Part shown: positions 1 to 9,869 of the stretch, piece after piece | How positions within the stretch are numbered: position 1 is the first letter of the stretch | Layout: each line of letters starts with the position of its first letter | Assembly: GCF_000189295.2 (NCBI RefSeq) | Contig: NC_016803.1 | Span: 1,770,001 to 1,802,000 of the forward strand | Length of the DNA: 32,000 bases | Source of the DNA: Pseudodesulfovibrio mercurii | GTDB lineage: Bacteria; Desulfobacterota; Desulfovibrionia; Desulfovibrionales; Desulfovibrionaceae | Direction of reading: 5' to 3' | Notes under the pieces: generated by a model | What the model was told of the DNA's origin: nothing | Seen by the model: only the letters and a program-made list of their open reading frames with translations | Database searches by the model: none | Position numbers and translations under genes: made by a program

Positions 1-1055
1 ACCCGAAGCATGGGCACGTCCGAGCCGGTGTCGCCGCAGATCAGGTTGCGGCCGCCCGCCATGCCCAGGGAGAGCTCGTCGTTGAGGAACCGGACGCCGT
101 CGCCCTTGTCGAAGTCCTTGAGCCCCTCGCCCGCGGTCTCCACGGTCAGGATGATCTCCACGTCCAGCCCGGTGTCCTCGATGCGGAAGTTCCGCCCCTG
201 CGGGTCCAGCTCGGCCACCAGGGCCTCGAGGGTGGCCAGGAAGGCCCCGGACTCGGCCGCGTCGATGGACCCGCCGATGTCCTGGCGGGCCACGGTGGAC
301 TGGCCGAACTTGAATTGCAGGCCCGAACCGATGAGGGTGAACTTCTCGTACTCGGGCCGCTTCGTCAGCAGGGTCAGCCGGGCGTTGAGGGCGTCCATGG
401 CCGCCTGTTTGTCCGGGGTGATGGCCAGCCGCCGGACCCGGCCGTCGCGGTCCAGGCACTCGCGCCCCTTGGAGGCGGCGTAATGGAACGCGCCCTCCGG
501 GTTGACCGAGATTTGGATCAACCCGTCCAGGGGGGCGGAGGTCAGAAGGACCGGGTTTGCCGCGTGGGCGCGGGCGAAGCGGGTCAGGAAGACCGCGTTG
601 TACACGGACTGGACCGAGGTCAGGTAGCGGGCGCAGTAGTTGTTGACCGTGCCGTCACGGTCCGTGACCAGGCAGTCCAGCCGCGCCCCGCGCAGCAGTT
701 CTCGTCCCCGGCCGACGAACTCGTCGAAGCCGGGATGGAAGTCGGCCAGCATGTCCAGGAAGGCGTCCTCACCCTCCTCCAGGTAGAAGAGGTCCTTGCG
801 CGCCTCGTCGATCTCGTAGCCCATGTCCAGGCCGATGGTCCGGCCATGGTCCAGGGCGAGGCGCTTGCGGCCCTCCTCCTCGGGGATTTCCTCCAGGGAG
901 GCCAGCAGGTTGGACAGCGCGGCCGGAATGTCCTCGTCCACGGGTCTGCCGTCGAGCAGCGCTGTCACGGCCCGCCGCCGGACAGCGGCGGAAGCGGCCA
1001 TGAGCGCGTAGAAATCCTTCAGTGTCTCGGGTGCGACGTGTTCGATTCCGGCCAT
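1..1055 (-). CDS. HAD-superfamily hydrolase, trehalose-6-phosphate-phosphatase-like; C-terminus lies beyond the window edge
   Basis: Absent from the supplied ORF track because there is no stop inside the window. Hand translation of the minus strand from ATG 1055-1053 (SD GAAGGAG at 1067-1061) gave no stop down to position 3; triplets were checked explicitly only for 3-119. It reads MAGIEHVAPETLKDFYALM...LDCLVTDRDGTVNNYCARY...RNLICGDTGSDVPMLR. DxDGT (HAD motif I) and GDxxSD (motif IV) are present. The product name is from family memory only. Confidence 0.7.
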   Translation of the reverse strand, partial: MAGIEHVAPETLKDFYALMAASAAVRRRAVTALLDGRPVDEDIPAALSNLLASLEEIPEEEGRKRLALDHGRTIGLDMGYEIDEARKDLFYLEEGEDAFLDMLADFHPGFDEFVGRGRELLRGARLDCLVTDRDGTVNNYCARYLTSVQSVYNAVFLTRFARAHAANPVLLTSAPLDGLIQISVNPEGAFHYAASKGRECLDRDGRVRRLAITPDKQAAMDALNARLTLLTKRPEYEKFTLIGSGLQFKFGQSTVARQDIGGSIDAAESGAFLATLEALVAELDPQGRNFRIEDTGLDVEIILTVETAGEGLKDFDKGDGVRFLNDELSLGMAGGRNLICGDTGSDVPMLR

Positions 1056-1066
1056 CGGCCCTCCTT

Positions 1067-2473
1067 CTAGTATTCGAAACGCACGGTGTATTCGACCACC
1101 GTTCCCCCCTTGCCAGCGGAGGGCGCGACGCCCTTCAGGTCGAACTCGATGGTCCCCGCGTCCTCGGCCGTGTACGGCGTGTTCGCGTTGAGTATGGTCC
1201 ACTGGCCGGACAGGGATTCCAGGAGCTTGACGTCCCTGGGCTCGGACGAGCCGTTGCGCACGGTGATGCGCCAGCCGACCTCGGCGGCGTTCTTGCCGAT
1301 GCGCTTGAAGCTCGTCTGCGCGCGCTCCACGGTGACGTCGAAGGAGCGGCCGATGACCAGCCGGACCTCCCCGCCCTCGGCCACGTGGCCCAGACGGGCC
1401 TCGCCCGCCAGGAGCTTGGCCCCGTCCGACACGGGCATGAACACCCGGACCACGCCCGCGGGCATGGGCATGCCCAGGTTGTTTTCCCTGGTGTTGGTGA
1501 AGAGCAGGGCCGACTCCACGGACTGGTCGATCCTGCCGGTGCGCTGGTTGGGGCCGCTGTGGTAGCGGCTGGAGAGCTCGGTCTTCACCGGGACGTTCGC
1601 GACCGAGAACAGCCCCACCTGCTTGGAGCCCGAGGCCGGGATGGACACGTACCGGCCCGGATCATAGACGTGGTACTGGGAAAAGGATTCCTCGGCGGCG
1701 GGGGCCGGGGCGGCGTCCATGGACGCGGCCTCGGCCATCATGACGTTGCCGCGCGCGAGCATCTTGGGTGCGGCAGCCCGCTGCACGTCCCCGGCGACCA
1801 GACGCAGGTCCGCGCCGGTAAAGGCGTGGCCCGAATCGTTGGTCACCGTGGCCCAGGCGTCCAGGTCGCCGCTGCCGCCGGTCTGGTTCACGGTCAGGTT
1901 GTAGTCCGCGCGCCAGCCCAGGCCGTCCATGAGATAGCTCAGGGCCACGTTCTTGCGCCCGGCCGTCGCGCTGCGGGTGGTCAGGGTCAGGGTCGGCTCG
2001 GCGTCGAGCCCCTTGGGCATCTCGGGCAGGAGCAGGGCCTCGTAGGACCCCACGTAGACCTCATTGCCCATGGCGAAGATGGGCCGGTCCGCATTGGACA
2101 GGAGCTTGGCCTTGCGCAGGATGCGCGCGTTGGCGTCGGCCGGGTCGGGCAGGATCACGGACAGCTCCTTGCCCACGTAGGCGTCGAGCAGGTTGGCCGC
2201 GGTGATGGGCCGGTAGGCGTACTGGACGTCATCCACGGTCATGTCCGGGGCCGTCGCCCGGATGGAGGACGGGTCGATGGTCGCGGGGATGTCGGTGAAG
2301 ACCACGGCGGCCGCGCCCTCGGGCAGGGTGACCACGCGGGATTCGGTGACCTGGGCCCGGCCTGAGTTGTACACGGCCAGGACCGATCCGGCGGCCTGGG
2401 CGGTCCCGGCGAGGGGAGCGAAAAGGAGCAGGAAGGCGAGCAGCGGGGCAACGAAAACACATGGCCGGTTCAT
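1067..2473 (-). CDS. secreted DUF4139 / MuiA-like family protein
   Basis: Track ORF 1067..2512 starts at TTG. I prefer ATG 2473 (GGAGGA 4 nt upstream), which gives the signal peptide MNRPCVFVAPLLAFLLLFAPLAGTAQA. The body (VLAVYNSGRAQVTESRVVTLPEG..., LSYLMDGLGWRADYNL...) matches my recollection of DUF4139/TIGR02231 proteins. Its stop overlaps the SD of the downstream HAD gene, so the two probably form an operon. Confidence 0.8.
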   Translation of the reverse strand: MNRPCVFVAPLLAFLLLFAPLAGTAQAAGSVLAVYNSGRAQVTESRVVTLPEGAAAVVFTDIPATIDPSSIRATAPDMTVDDVQYAYRPITAANLLDAYVGKELSVILPDPADANARILRKAKLLSNADRPIFAMGNEVYVGSYEALLLPEMPKGLDAEPTLTLTTRSATAGRKNVALSYLMDGLGWRADYNLTVNQTGGSGDLDAWATVTNDSGHAFTGADLRLVAGDVQRAAAPKMLARGNVMMAEAASMDAAPAPAAEESFSQYHVYDPGRYVSIPASGSKQVGLFSVANVPVKTELSSRYHSGPNQRTGRIDQSVESALLFTNTRENNLGMPMPAGVVRVFMPVSDGAKLLAGEARLGHVAEGGEVRLVIGRSFDVTVERAQTSFKRIGKNAAEVGWRITVRNGSSEPRDVKLLESLSGQWTILNANTPYTAEDAGTIEFDLKGVAPSAGKGGTVVEYTVRFEY

Positions 2474-2532
2474 CGGTCCTCCGGGGGTTGGTTCGGGGTG
2501 GCGACGTGACAACGTATCAGCGCCTCATCCGG

Positions 2533-2561
2533 AGGATACACGGCCCGTGCGTTATTTGCAA
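2533..2561 (-). promoter_or_regulatory. sigma70-like promoter for the DUF4139/HAD operon
   Basis: Minus-sense TTGCAA (2561-2556), 17-nt spacer, TATCCT (2538-2533), about 60 nt upstream of ATG 2473 in a locally AT-richer patch. Confidence 0.35.
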
Positions 2562-2721
2562 AAATTTAACGGGGAACATCACCACGGCCAGGCGTGCGGC
2601 AAACTCCCGCGAACCCGCGTCGCGGGCCGATGCGGCGCGTCCGACCGAACATGCCGGAACGGCCGGGCCGGGCATATGGCATCTCGCAATCACTGCGAAT
2701 ATCTGCTAGAAAACACCTCGC

Positions 2722-3705
2722 ATGAAGATACTCATTATCGACGATTCCAGGGGGTCCGCGACCCAGCTGACCGACATGCTCATGGGCGCGGGACACTCCG
2801 ACGTGTCCGACGTGGAATCCCTGGACCGGGCCCTGCACGCAATGCAGCGCGCCGCAGCCGGGGAAACGCCCGTGGACCTGGTGCTCATCGACCTTGAGAT
2901 CCACGACACCGACGGCATCGCCGCCATCCTGACCCTCAAGTCCCACCGCGAATTCGAGGACATCCCGATCATCGCCATCGCCGCCAACGACAACTCGGAG
3001 GAGTTGGACCGCGCCTTCGCGGCCGGGGCCTCGGACTACATCGTCAAGCCCGTGGGCCGCACCGAGCTGCGCGCCCGGGTGCGCTCCGCCCTGCAACTGC
3101 GCCGCGAGATGCTCAAACGCATGCTCCGGGAGCGCGAACTGGAGCGGCTGGCCCGCAAGCTGGAGCGCATGTCCAACCAGGACGGGCTGACCGGCCTGGC
3201 CAACCGGCGCTGCTTCGACGATACGCTCATCCGCGAATGGGTGCGCAACGGCCGCGAGGATCATCCCCTGGGACTGCTGATGATCGACATCGACCACTTC
3301 AAGGCCTACAACGACGCGCTGGGCCACGTGCACGGCGACGCCTGCCTGCGCGACGTGGCCCAGGCCATCCGCATGGCCACCAACCGGCCCGGCGACCTGG
3401 TGGCCCGGTACGGCGGCGAGGAGTTCGCCATCATCCTGCCCAACACCGACTTCGGCGGGGCGCGCGTGGTGGCCGAGAACATCCACGCCAACCTGGCCGC
3501 ATCCCGCATCCGCCACCCCGACTCCCAGGTGGCCGGCACCGTGACCGTGTCCATCGGCGCGGCCGCCACCGTGCCCACCTGCGAGATCACCCCGGCGCAC
3601 CTCGTCCAGGCCGCCGACCGCGCCCTGTATCAGGCCAAGCTGTCAGGCCGGAACCGCACCGAATCCATCCACCTGCCCGAAACCGGCCATCTGCGGCAGC
3701 AGTAG
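2722..3705 (+). CDS. response regulator with GGDEF output domain (diguanylate cyclase)
   Basis: 327 aa. N-terminal receiver (MKILIIDDS...VDLVLIDLEIHDTDG...DYIVKP), a coiled linker, then a GGDEF domain (GLTGLANRR, DIDHFKAYND, GGEEF active site). An RPGD (RxxD) I-site lies 5 residues upstream of GGEEF. Confidence 0.93.
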   Translation: MKILIIDDSRGSATQLTDMLMGAGHSDVSDVESLDRALHAMQRAAAGETPVDLVLIDLEIHDTDGIAAILTLKSHREFEDIPIIAIAANDNSEELDRAFAAGASDYIVKPVGRTELRARVRSALQLRREMLKRMLRERELERLARKLERMSNQDGLTGLANRRCFDDTLIREWVRNGREDHPLGLLMIDIDHFKAYNDALGHVHGDACLRDVAQAIRMATNRPGDLVARYGGEEFAIILPNTDFGGARVVAENIHANLAASRIRHPDSQVAGTVTVSIGAAATVPTCEITPAHLVQAADRALYQAKLSGRNRTESIHLPETGHLRQQ

Positions 3706-3710
3706 GCCGA

Positions 3711-3730
3711 AAAATGGGGACTTCGTCCCC
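3711..3730 (-). terminator. weak intrinsic terminator-like hairpin read on the minus strand
   Basis: GGGGAC(3716-3721)/GTCCCC(3725-3730), 3-nt loop. Minus-sense it is followed by ATTTTTC; plus-sense it has no U tract. The stem is short and weak. Confidence 0.3.
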
Positions 3731-4100
3731 CCTGCTCCCGACCGCCCTCCCCCGTTTCCCTTGACCCGCAAGCCGCGAGCTTGATCGCATCGCCCCGCAA
3801 CGCCGCGTATCCCGTCGATTCGGGGGACGGCGCAGGGCTCCTCCTCCACACCGCACCGTGACACCGGTCCTTGCGGGTGATGGGCGTACGCCCCTCGCGG
3901 ACCCCGTTTCCGCCCCAAGACGGACAACCCACGCAATCCGCCCTCCCCAAACGAGGCATGCGCGGCAATCCCCCGGCCGCCACAAAGGGCGGAGGGCCGT
4001 GCGGCTCCGGGGGGAAGCTCGGCACGGCCCTCCAACAGGGATGATGGCGACCGTCCGCAAGGTTCGGGCGGCCGCGAGGAACTGGGGAAATAAGAACGGA

Positions 4101-4265
4101 CTAGCGAAGGAAATGGATGGACAGGTAGCTGCCGCAGCAGGGACAGACCTTGACCGGGGTGGCCTTGCCCTCGTCGTCGCGGATGACCGCTTCCCAGGGG
4201 ATGAAACCGTCAAGGGTGTACTGGACCATCAGCCGGTGACCGCACTTGCAAAAACGTTCCTGCAT
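4101..4265 (-). CDS. small zinc-ribbon-like hypothetical protein (54 aa)
   Basis: Below the track size cutoff. Hand translation gives MQERFCKCGHRLMVQYTLDGFIPWEAVIRDDEGKATPVKVCPCCGSYLSIHFLR, with CxC near the N-terminus and CPCC near the C-terminus. Strong SD AAGGAGAGAGAG directly upstream of ATG 4265-4263. It has its own TTGACA/TATTAA promoter. Confidence 0.5.
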   Translation of the reverse strand: MQERFCKCGHRLMVQYTLDGFIPWEAVIRDDEGKATPVKVCPCCGSYLSIHFLR

Positions 4266-4334
4266 GACTCTCTCTCCTTGCCTTGTATCGCGCCGGGGGG
4301 GCGTGTGTCCTATTCGTTGACTGAACGTGACTTT

Positions 4335-4364
4335 TTAATAAACAGTCTTCGGTCTTTTTGTCAA
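4335..4364 (-). promoter_or_regulatory. sigma70-like promoter for the 54-aa ORF
   Basis: Minus-sense TTGACA (4364-4359), 18-nt spacer, TATTAA (4340-4335), inside a strikingly AT-rich stretch (about 4310-4440). Confidence 0.45.
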
Positions 4365-4388
4365 CTAATATTTTACAAAATGTTGTCC
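4359..4388 (-). promoter_or_regulatory. operator-like motif adjoining the -35 box (copy 2)
   Basis: Minus-sense GGACAACATTTTGTAAAATATTAGTTGACA. It shares GGACAA, TTTTGTAA and TTGACA, in the same order, with 5223..5248. ATGTTGTC (4380-4387) and GACAACAT (4403-4410) form an 8-bp inverted repeat. Confidence 0.35.
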
Positions 4389-4440
4389 TTTATTCTACAA
4401 CAGACAACATCAGAGAATCATGCGCTATTTCAGTATGATA

Positions 4441-4480
4441 CGGAAAAGCCCCCGCAACGACGATCGTTGCGGGGGCTTTC
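4441..4480 (-). terminator. rho-independent terminator of the S24 repressor gene
   Basis: A 14-bp perfect stem, AGCCCCCGCAACGA (4447-4460) with TCGTTGCGGGGGCT (4464-4477). Minus-sense it is followed by TTTTCC, 20 nt after the stop at 4501. Confidence 0.8.
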
Positions 4481-4500
4481 ATGGCGATTTCCAAGAAGGG

Positions 4501-5163
4501 CTAGCGGTATTCCCGCGAGGCCCACAGGACCTGGCCGATGACGCGCACGTTGTCTAGTTCGTCGCCGGACAGGTGGACGGGCGAATAGTCCACGTTGTCG
4601 CTCCTGAGCACCAATGTGCCGGGCAGGCGCTCCACGCGCTTGACCATGACCGTGTCCTCCACGCCCACGGCGTAGATGCCGCCGGACAGGACGTCGGTCC
4701 GGGACTGGTCGATGAGGACCATGTCCCCTTCCTTGATCTCGGGCTCCATGGAGTTGCCGATGACCTCCATCAGGACCATGTTGGCCGGATTGCCCCGCCG
4801 GGTCAGCCAGTCGGAGCGGAAGGAATAGTATCCCTCCACCTGTCCCTCGGTCTCGAAGGAGCCGCCGCCCGCGCAGAGACGGGCGCGCACCTTGGGGATC
4901 TCCGCGTAGCTCGCCCCGTCCTCGGCCGCGGCCGCCAGGGCCGCCTCGGGCCGGGGGAATCCCTTGCCCTGCTCCAGCCACAGCGGGTTCAAACCGAACC
5001 GGGCCGACAGGTCCAGAATCCAGCGCGCGGGCACCGCGCCCTTGCGCTTGGCCAGGGACACGGCGGCCCGACCCACGTCCAGTTCGCGGGCCAGTTGGGA
5101 CTGGTTCCTGATCTCCGTCTCGGAACAGAGTCGCTTGAAAAACGCTTCAAATCCGTTGCTCAT
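4501..5163 (-). CDS. phage CI / LexA-type transcriptional repressor with S24 autopeptidase domain
   Basis: 220 aa. N-terminal CI-repressor-type HTH (QSQLARELDVGRAAVSLAKRKG...WILDLSARFGLNPLWL). Ala-Gly cleavage-site candidate (LCAGGGS), catalytic Ser in GNSMEP and Lys in MVKRV. Confidence 0.9.
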   Translation of the reverse strand: MSNGFEAFFKRLCSETEIRNQSQLARELDVGRAAVSLAKRKGAVPARWILDLSARFGLNPLWLEQGKGFPRPEAALAAAAEDGASYAEIPKVRARLCAGGGSFETEGQVEGYYSFRSDWLTRRGNPANMVLMEVIGNSMEPEIKEGDMVLIDQSRTDVLSGGIYAVGVEDTVMVKRVERLPGTLVLRSDNVDYSPVHLSGDELDNVRVIGQVLWASREYR

Positions 5164-5222
5164 CGTTGCGCCTTGGTTAATGAATGTTGCTTGGACAATT
5201 GTTTACTATCGATTAACCGTAC

Positions 5223-5248
5223 TGTCAATTACAAAAACATTTTTGTCC
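5223..5248 (-). promoter_or_regulatory. operator-like palindrome abutting a TTGACA box upstream of the repressor gene (copy 1)
   Basis: Minus-sense GGACAAAAATGTTTTTGTAATTGACA contains the 7-2-7 palindrome ACAAAAA-TG-TTTTTGT (5231-5246). An inverted TTGTCC half-site and the ACAATTGT palindrome (5205-5212) lie further downstream. The -10 element is unclear (TAAACA at a 17-nt spacing). Confidence 0.35.
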
Positions 5249-5351
5249 ACTAGATGCGCACAAAAAGGAATACAGGGAAGGCATCGCCTTCCTCCTGCGG
5301 AGAACGGGGGGAACAGGGCGGACGCGCCGCCGGGCCGGGCGCTTCCCGGAC

Positions 5352-7539
<2,188 letters not shown>

Positions 7540-7547
<8 letters not shown>

Positions 7548-8694
7548 TGTCGTCTCCCTTGTCGGACGGGGCTCCCCCGTGCCGCATGGTGTAGTCCGCC
7601 GCGTGCTCGGCGCGGTCCGCGCGGCGCAGCCTGAAGGAATCGTAGCGCCGGTCCCACCAGGCGGCGAACGTGGTCCGCTCGCCCATGGTGGACGGCCCGA
7701 ACTCCAGGCTCAGATCGAATTGCCAAAATTGGTCGGTGCACATGGCCCCGAGCTTGACCGCGTCCTTGGGCGTGCACAAAATCGCGGTGCAGCCCAGCCG
7801 CGCGGCCTCCCGGACCAGGTCCTCCACGTCCCGCTTGGAGTAGGCGTGGTGGTCACGGAACACCCGGTGCGCCTTTGGCCCGTAGCCCAGGTACCCCTCG
7901 GCCGTGGCCCGGACCTGGGCCGGATCGCCCACGCCCGTGGCCAGCAGGTACGGTGCGCCCCCGAAGTCGGCCGCCCGCTCCCCGCCGATGACCCGGCGCA
8001 CGCCCGTGGGCATGAGCCGGAAGCTGAAGACCGGCTTGCCGAACCGCTTCAACCGCTCCTCGATGCGCGGTTTGAGCTGGGAAAATTCCTTGGGCCCGGC
8101 CTTGATCATGAAGGCGTCGGCCCTGCCGAGCGCCGCCTCGGGCTCGCGCCAGGAGCCCGCCGGGATGACCCGGTTCCAGCCCTCGCGCAGGTCGTCGGGC
8201 CGGAGCAGCACCAGGTTCACGTGCCGCCGGACCGCCATGTGCTGGAAACCGTCGTCCAGGATGATCAGCTCGGGCTTTTTCGTGCGCATGGCCGATTTGC
8301 CCGCCCGGGTGCGGTTCGGGTCCACCAGGACCAGGGCACTGTCGTGGGCGCGGGCGAGCATGAGCGGCTCGTCGCCCGCCTCCTCGGCCAGGGCGCCCGG
8401 CTTGACCTCGTAGGGCAGATGCTGCGGTTTGGCCCGGTAGCCGCGCGTCAGCAGGGCCACGGGGATGGACCTGGACTCGGCCCAGCCGAGCAGCCAGTCG
8501 GCCACCGGGGTCTTGCCCGTGCCGCCCCAGCCGATGTTGCCCACGGACACGGTCAGCGCGGGCGGCTCCCAACCGGGCAGCAGCCCCCGGCGGTACAGCC
8601 CCGCGCGCACGCGCATGATTCCGCCGTACACCCAGGCAAAGGGGCGCAGCAGCGGATACAGGACGCGTTGCAGGTTTGTCACGGTCTCGGACAT
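7540..8694 (-). CDS. lpxK: tetraacyldisaccharide 4'-kinase
   Basis: 384 aa. The LpxK-typical N-terminus and P-loop (LTVSVGNIGWGGTGKTPVADWL) are followed by LLTRGYRAK. SD GGAG lies 4 nt upstream of ATG 8694. Confidence 0.9.
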
Positions 8695-8760
8695 GGGACT
8701 CCAGGGAAAAGATTCGTCATTGAAGAACCATACGTCCCCCGCACCGGCGTGGCAAGAGGA

Positions 8761-8960
8761 GGGGGGAAGATGCCTCCGGGCCTCCAGCCGTTGGCGAGCC
8801 TTCGAGCCTTACGGATGAGGACAGCAGCGATCGGCCGGGGGAAGGGGAGAGGGAAACCCTTTGAAAAGGGCTTTCCCTCTCCCCTTCCCCCGGCCCCCCA
8901 TCCCCTCTCCCTTCCTAAACTTTTTGGTTCCGCTTCGCGGGGTGGGTTGTGGGGAGGGGG
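8761..8960. repeat. solo copy of a hairpin-rich intergenic repeat (same family as 26143..26499)
   Basis: In order: TGCCTCCGGGCC, then the long hairpin CCGGGGGAAGGGGAGAGGGAAA/CCCTTTGAAAAGGG/CTTTCCCTCTCCCCTTCCCCCGG (8835-8893), then CCCC-rich TAAACTTTTTGGTTCCGCTTCGCGGGGTGGGTTGTGG. The last module matches the reverse complement of 26361-26416 almost base for base. Confidence 0.65.
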
Positions 8961-8961
8961 T

Positions 8962-8991
8962 AAAAAAGGCCGCACCCTGGTGGATGCGGCC
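8962..8991 (-). terminator. rho-independent terminator of the BI-1/YccA-family gene
   Basis: Minus-sense GGCCGCA-tccaccaggg-TGCGGCC followed by TTTTTT, about 25 nt after the stop at 9015. Confidence 0.8.
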
Positions 8992-9014
8992 CTTGGGTGG
9001 CTATGGTGCCGGGA

Positions 9015-9749
9015 CTACCTGCGGTCGCCCATCAACCTCAAAAGCATGAGGAAGAGGTTGTAGAAGTCCAGGTACAGGGTCAGGGCGCCCAGGATGGTGC
9101 CGCGGCGGACGGCCGCGGTGTCGCCCAGGGGCACGGTCTCGCCCATGGTCTTCAGCTTCTGGGTGTCGTAGGCGGTCAGGCCCACGAAGATGATCACGCC
9201 GAGGACCGAGATGGCGAAGGACATGCCCGGGCTTTGCAGGAACATGTTCACCACCATGGCGATGATGATGCCGATCAGGCCCATGAACAGCAGGCTGCCC
9301 CAGCTGGTCAGGTCCTTCTTGGTGACCATGCCGTAGACGGACATGGCTCCGAACATGCCTGCGGTGGTGATGAAGGTCGTGACCACCGAGGCCGTGGTGT
9401 AGGCGAAGAGGATCGGGGCCAGGGAGAAGCCGTTCAGGGCGCTGAAGGCCATGAACAACCCCGTGGCCGTGCTCGGGTTCATGGTCGAAATCTTGAAGCT
9501 CATGAAGAAGACCATGCCGAAGGCCGCCAGCAGGGCGATCATGGGCAGCATGGTCGGGGCGTACATGCCGGTCTGCGGATTGTAGACAAAGGCCAGGTTG
9601 GTCAGGGCCGGGACGGTCAGGGTGGCGAAGGCCACCAGGGCGGTCAGGCCCAGGCCCGCGCTCATCCAGCCGTAGACGCCGCGCATGAAGGCGTTCAGGA
9701 CCTCGGCTCTGGAGGTCTCCGTCCGTTGCATGCTGGGATACTGAGTCAT
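9015..9749 (-). CDS. Bax inhibitor-1 / YccA family membrane protein
   Basis: 244 aa with about 7 predicted TM segments. N-terminus (VLNAFMRGVYGWMSAGLGLTAL) and C-terminus (GALTLYLDFYNLFLMLLRL) are typical of the family. SD GGAGG lies 7 nt upstream. Confidence 0.9.
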   Translation of the reverse strand: MTQYPSMQRTETSRAEVLNAFMRGVYGWMSAGLGLTALVAFATLTVPALTNLAFVYNPQTGMYAPTMLPMIALLAAFGMVFFMSFKISTMNPSTATGLFMAFSALNGFSLAPILFAYTTASVVTTFITTAGMFGAMSVYGMVTKKDLTSWGSLLFMGLIGIIIAMVVNMFLQSPGMSFAISVLGVIIFVGLTAYDTQKLKTMGETVPLGDTAAVRRGTILGALTLYLDFYNLFLMLLRLMGDRR

Positions 9750-9807
9750 TGGTATTCCTCCGAATTGATGACGTGCTTGTGGCCGGGAATCTCCCGGACG
9801 CTGCTTC

Positions 9808-9836
9808 TATCTAATCAGCTTTACGGTCCAAGGCAA
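9808..9836 (-). promoter_or_regulatory. sigma70-like promoter for the BI-1/YccA gene
   Basis: Minus-sense TTGCCT (9836-9831), 17-nt spacer, TAGATA (9813-9808). Confidence 0.4.
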
Positions 9837-9869
9837 GGGGATGCACGAAATTGCACAACCCCCCGGAAC

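Noticed and set aside
2640-2721. Sigma54 (-24/-12) promoter at TGGCAT-N5 upstream of the GGDEF regulator
   Set aside because: The spacing and sequence do not fit GG-N10-GC; the -12 position reads AATC rather than TTGC.
4101-5351. Prophage or integrated-element remnant around the CI-like repressor
   Set aside because: There is no integrase, excisionase, Cro/antirepressor, structural or lysis gene, and no att-like direct repeats are visible. Housekeeping genes (rnr, GGDEF regulator) abut the islet. Only the AT-rich flanks hint at foreign origin.
8679-9049. Small ORFs 8679..8975 (-) and 8861..9049 (+), and likewise 26084..26455 (-)
   Set aside because: They are translations of the palindromic repeat family (mirror-image PFSKGFPLPFPRP-type peptides on both strands). 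They have no SD and no coding-like composition.
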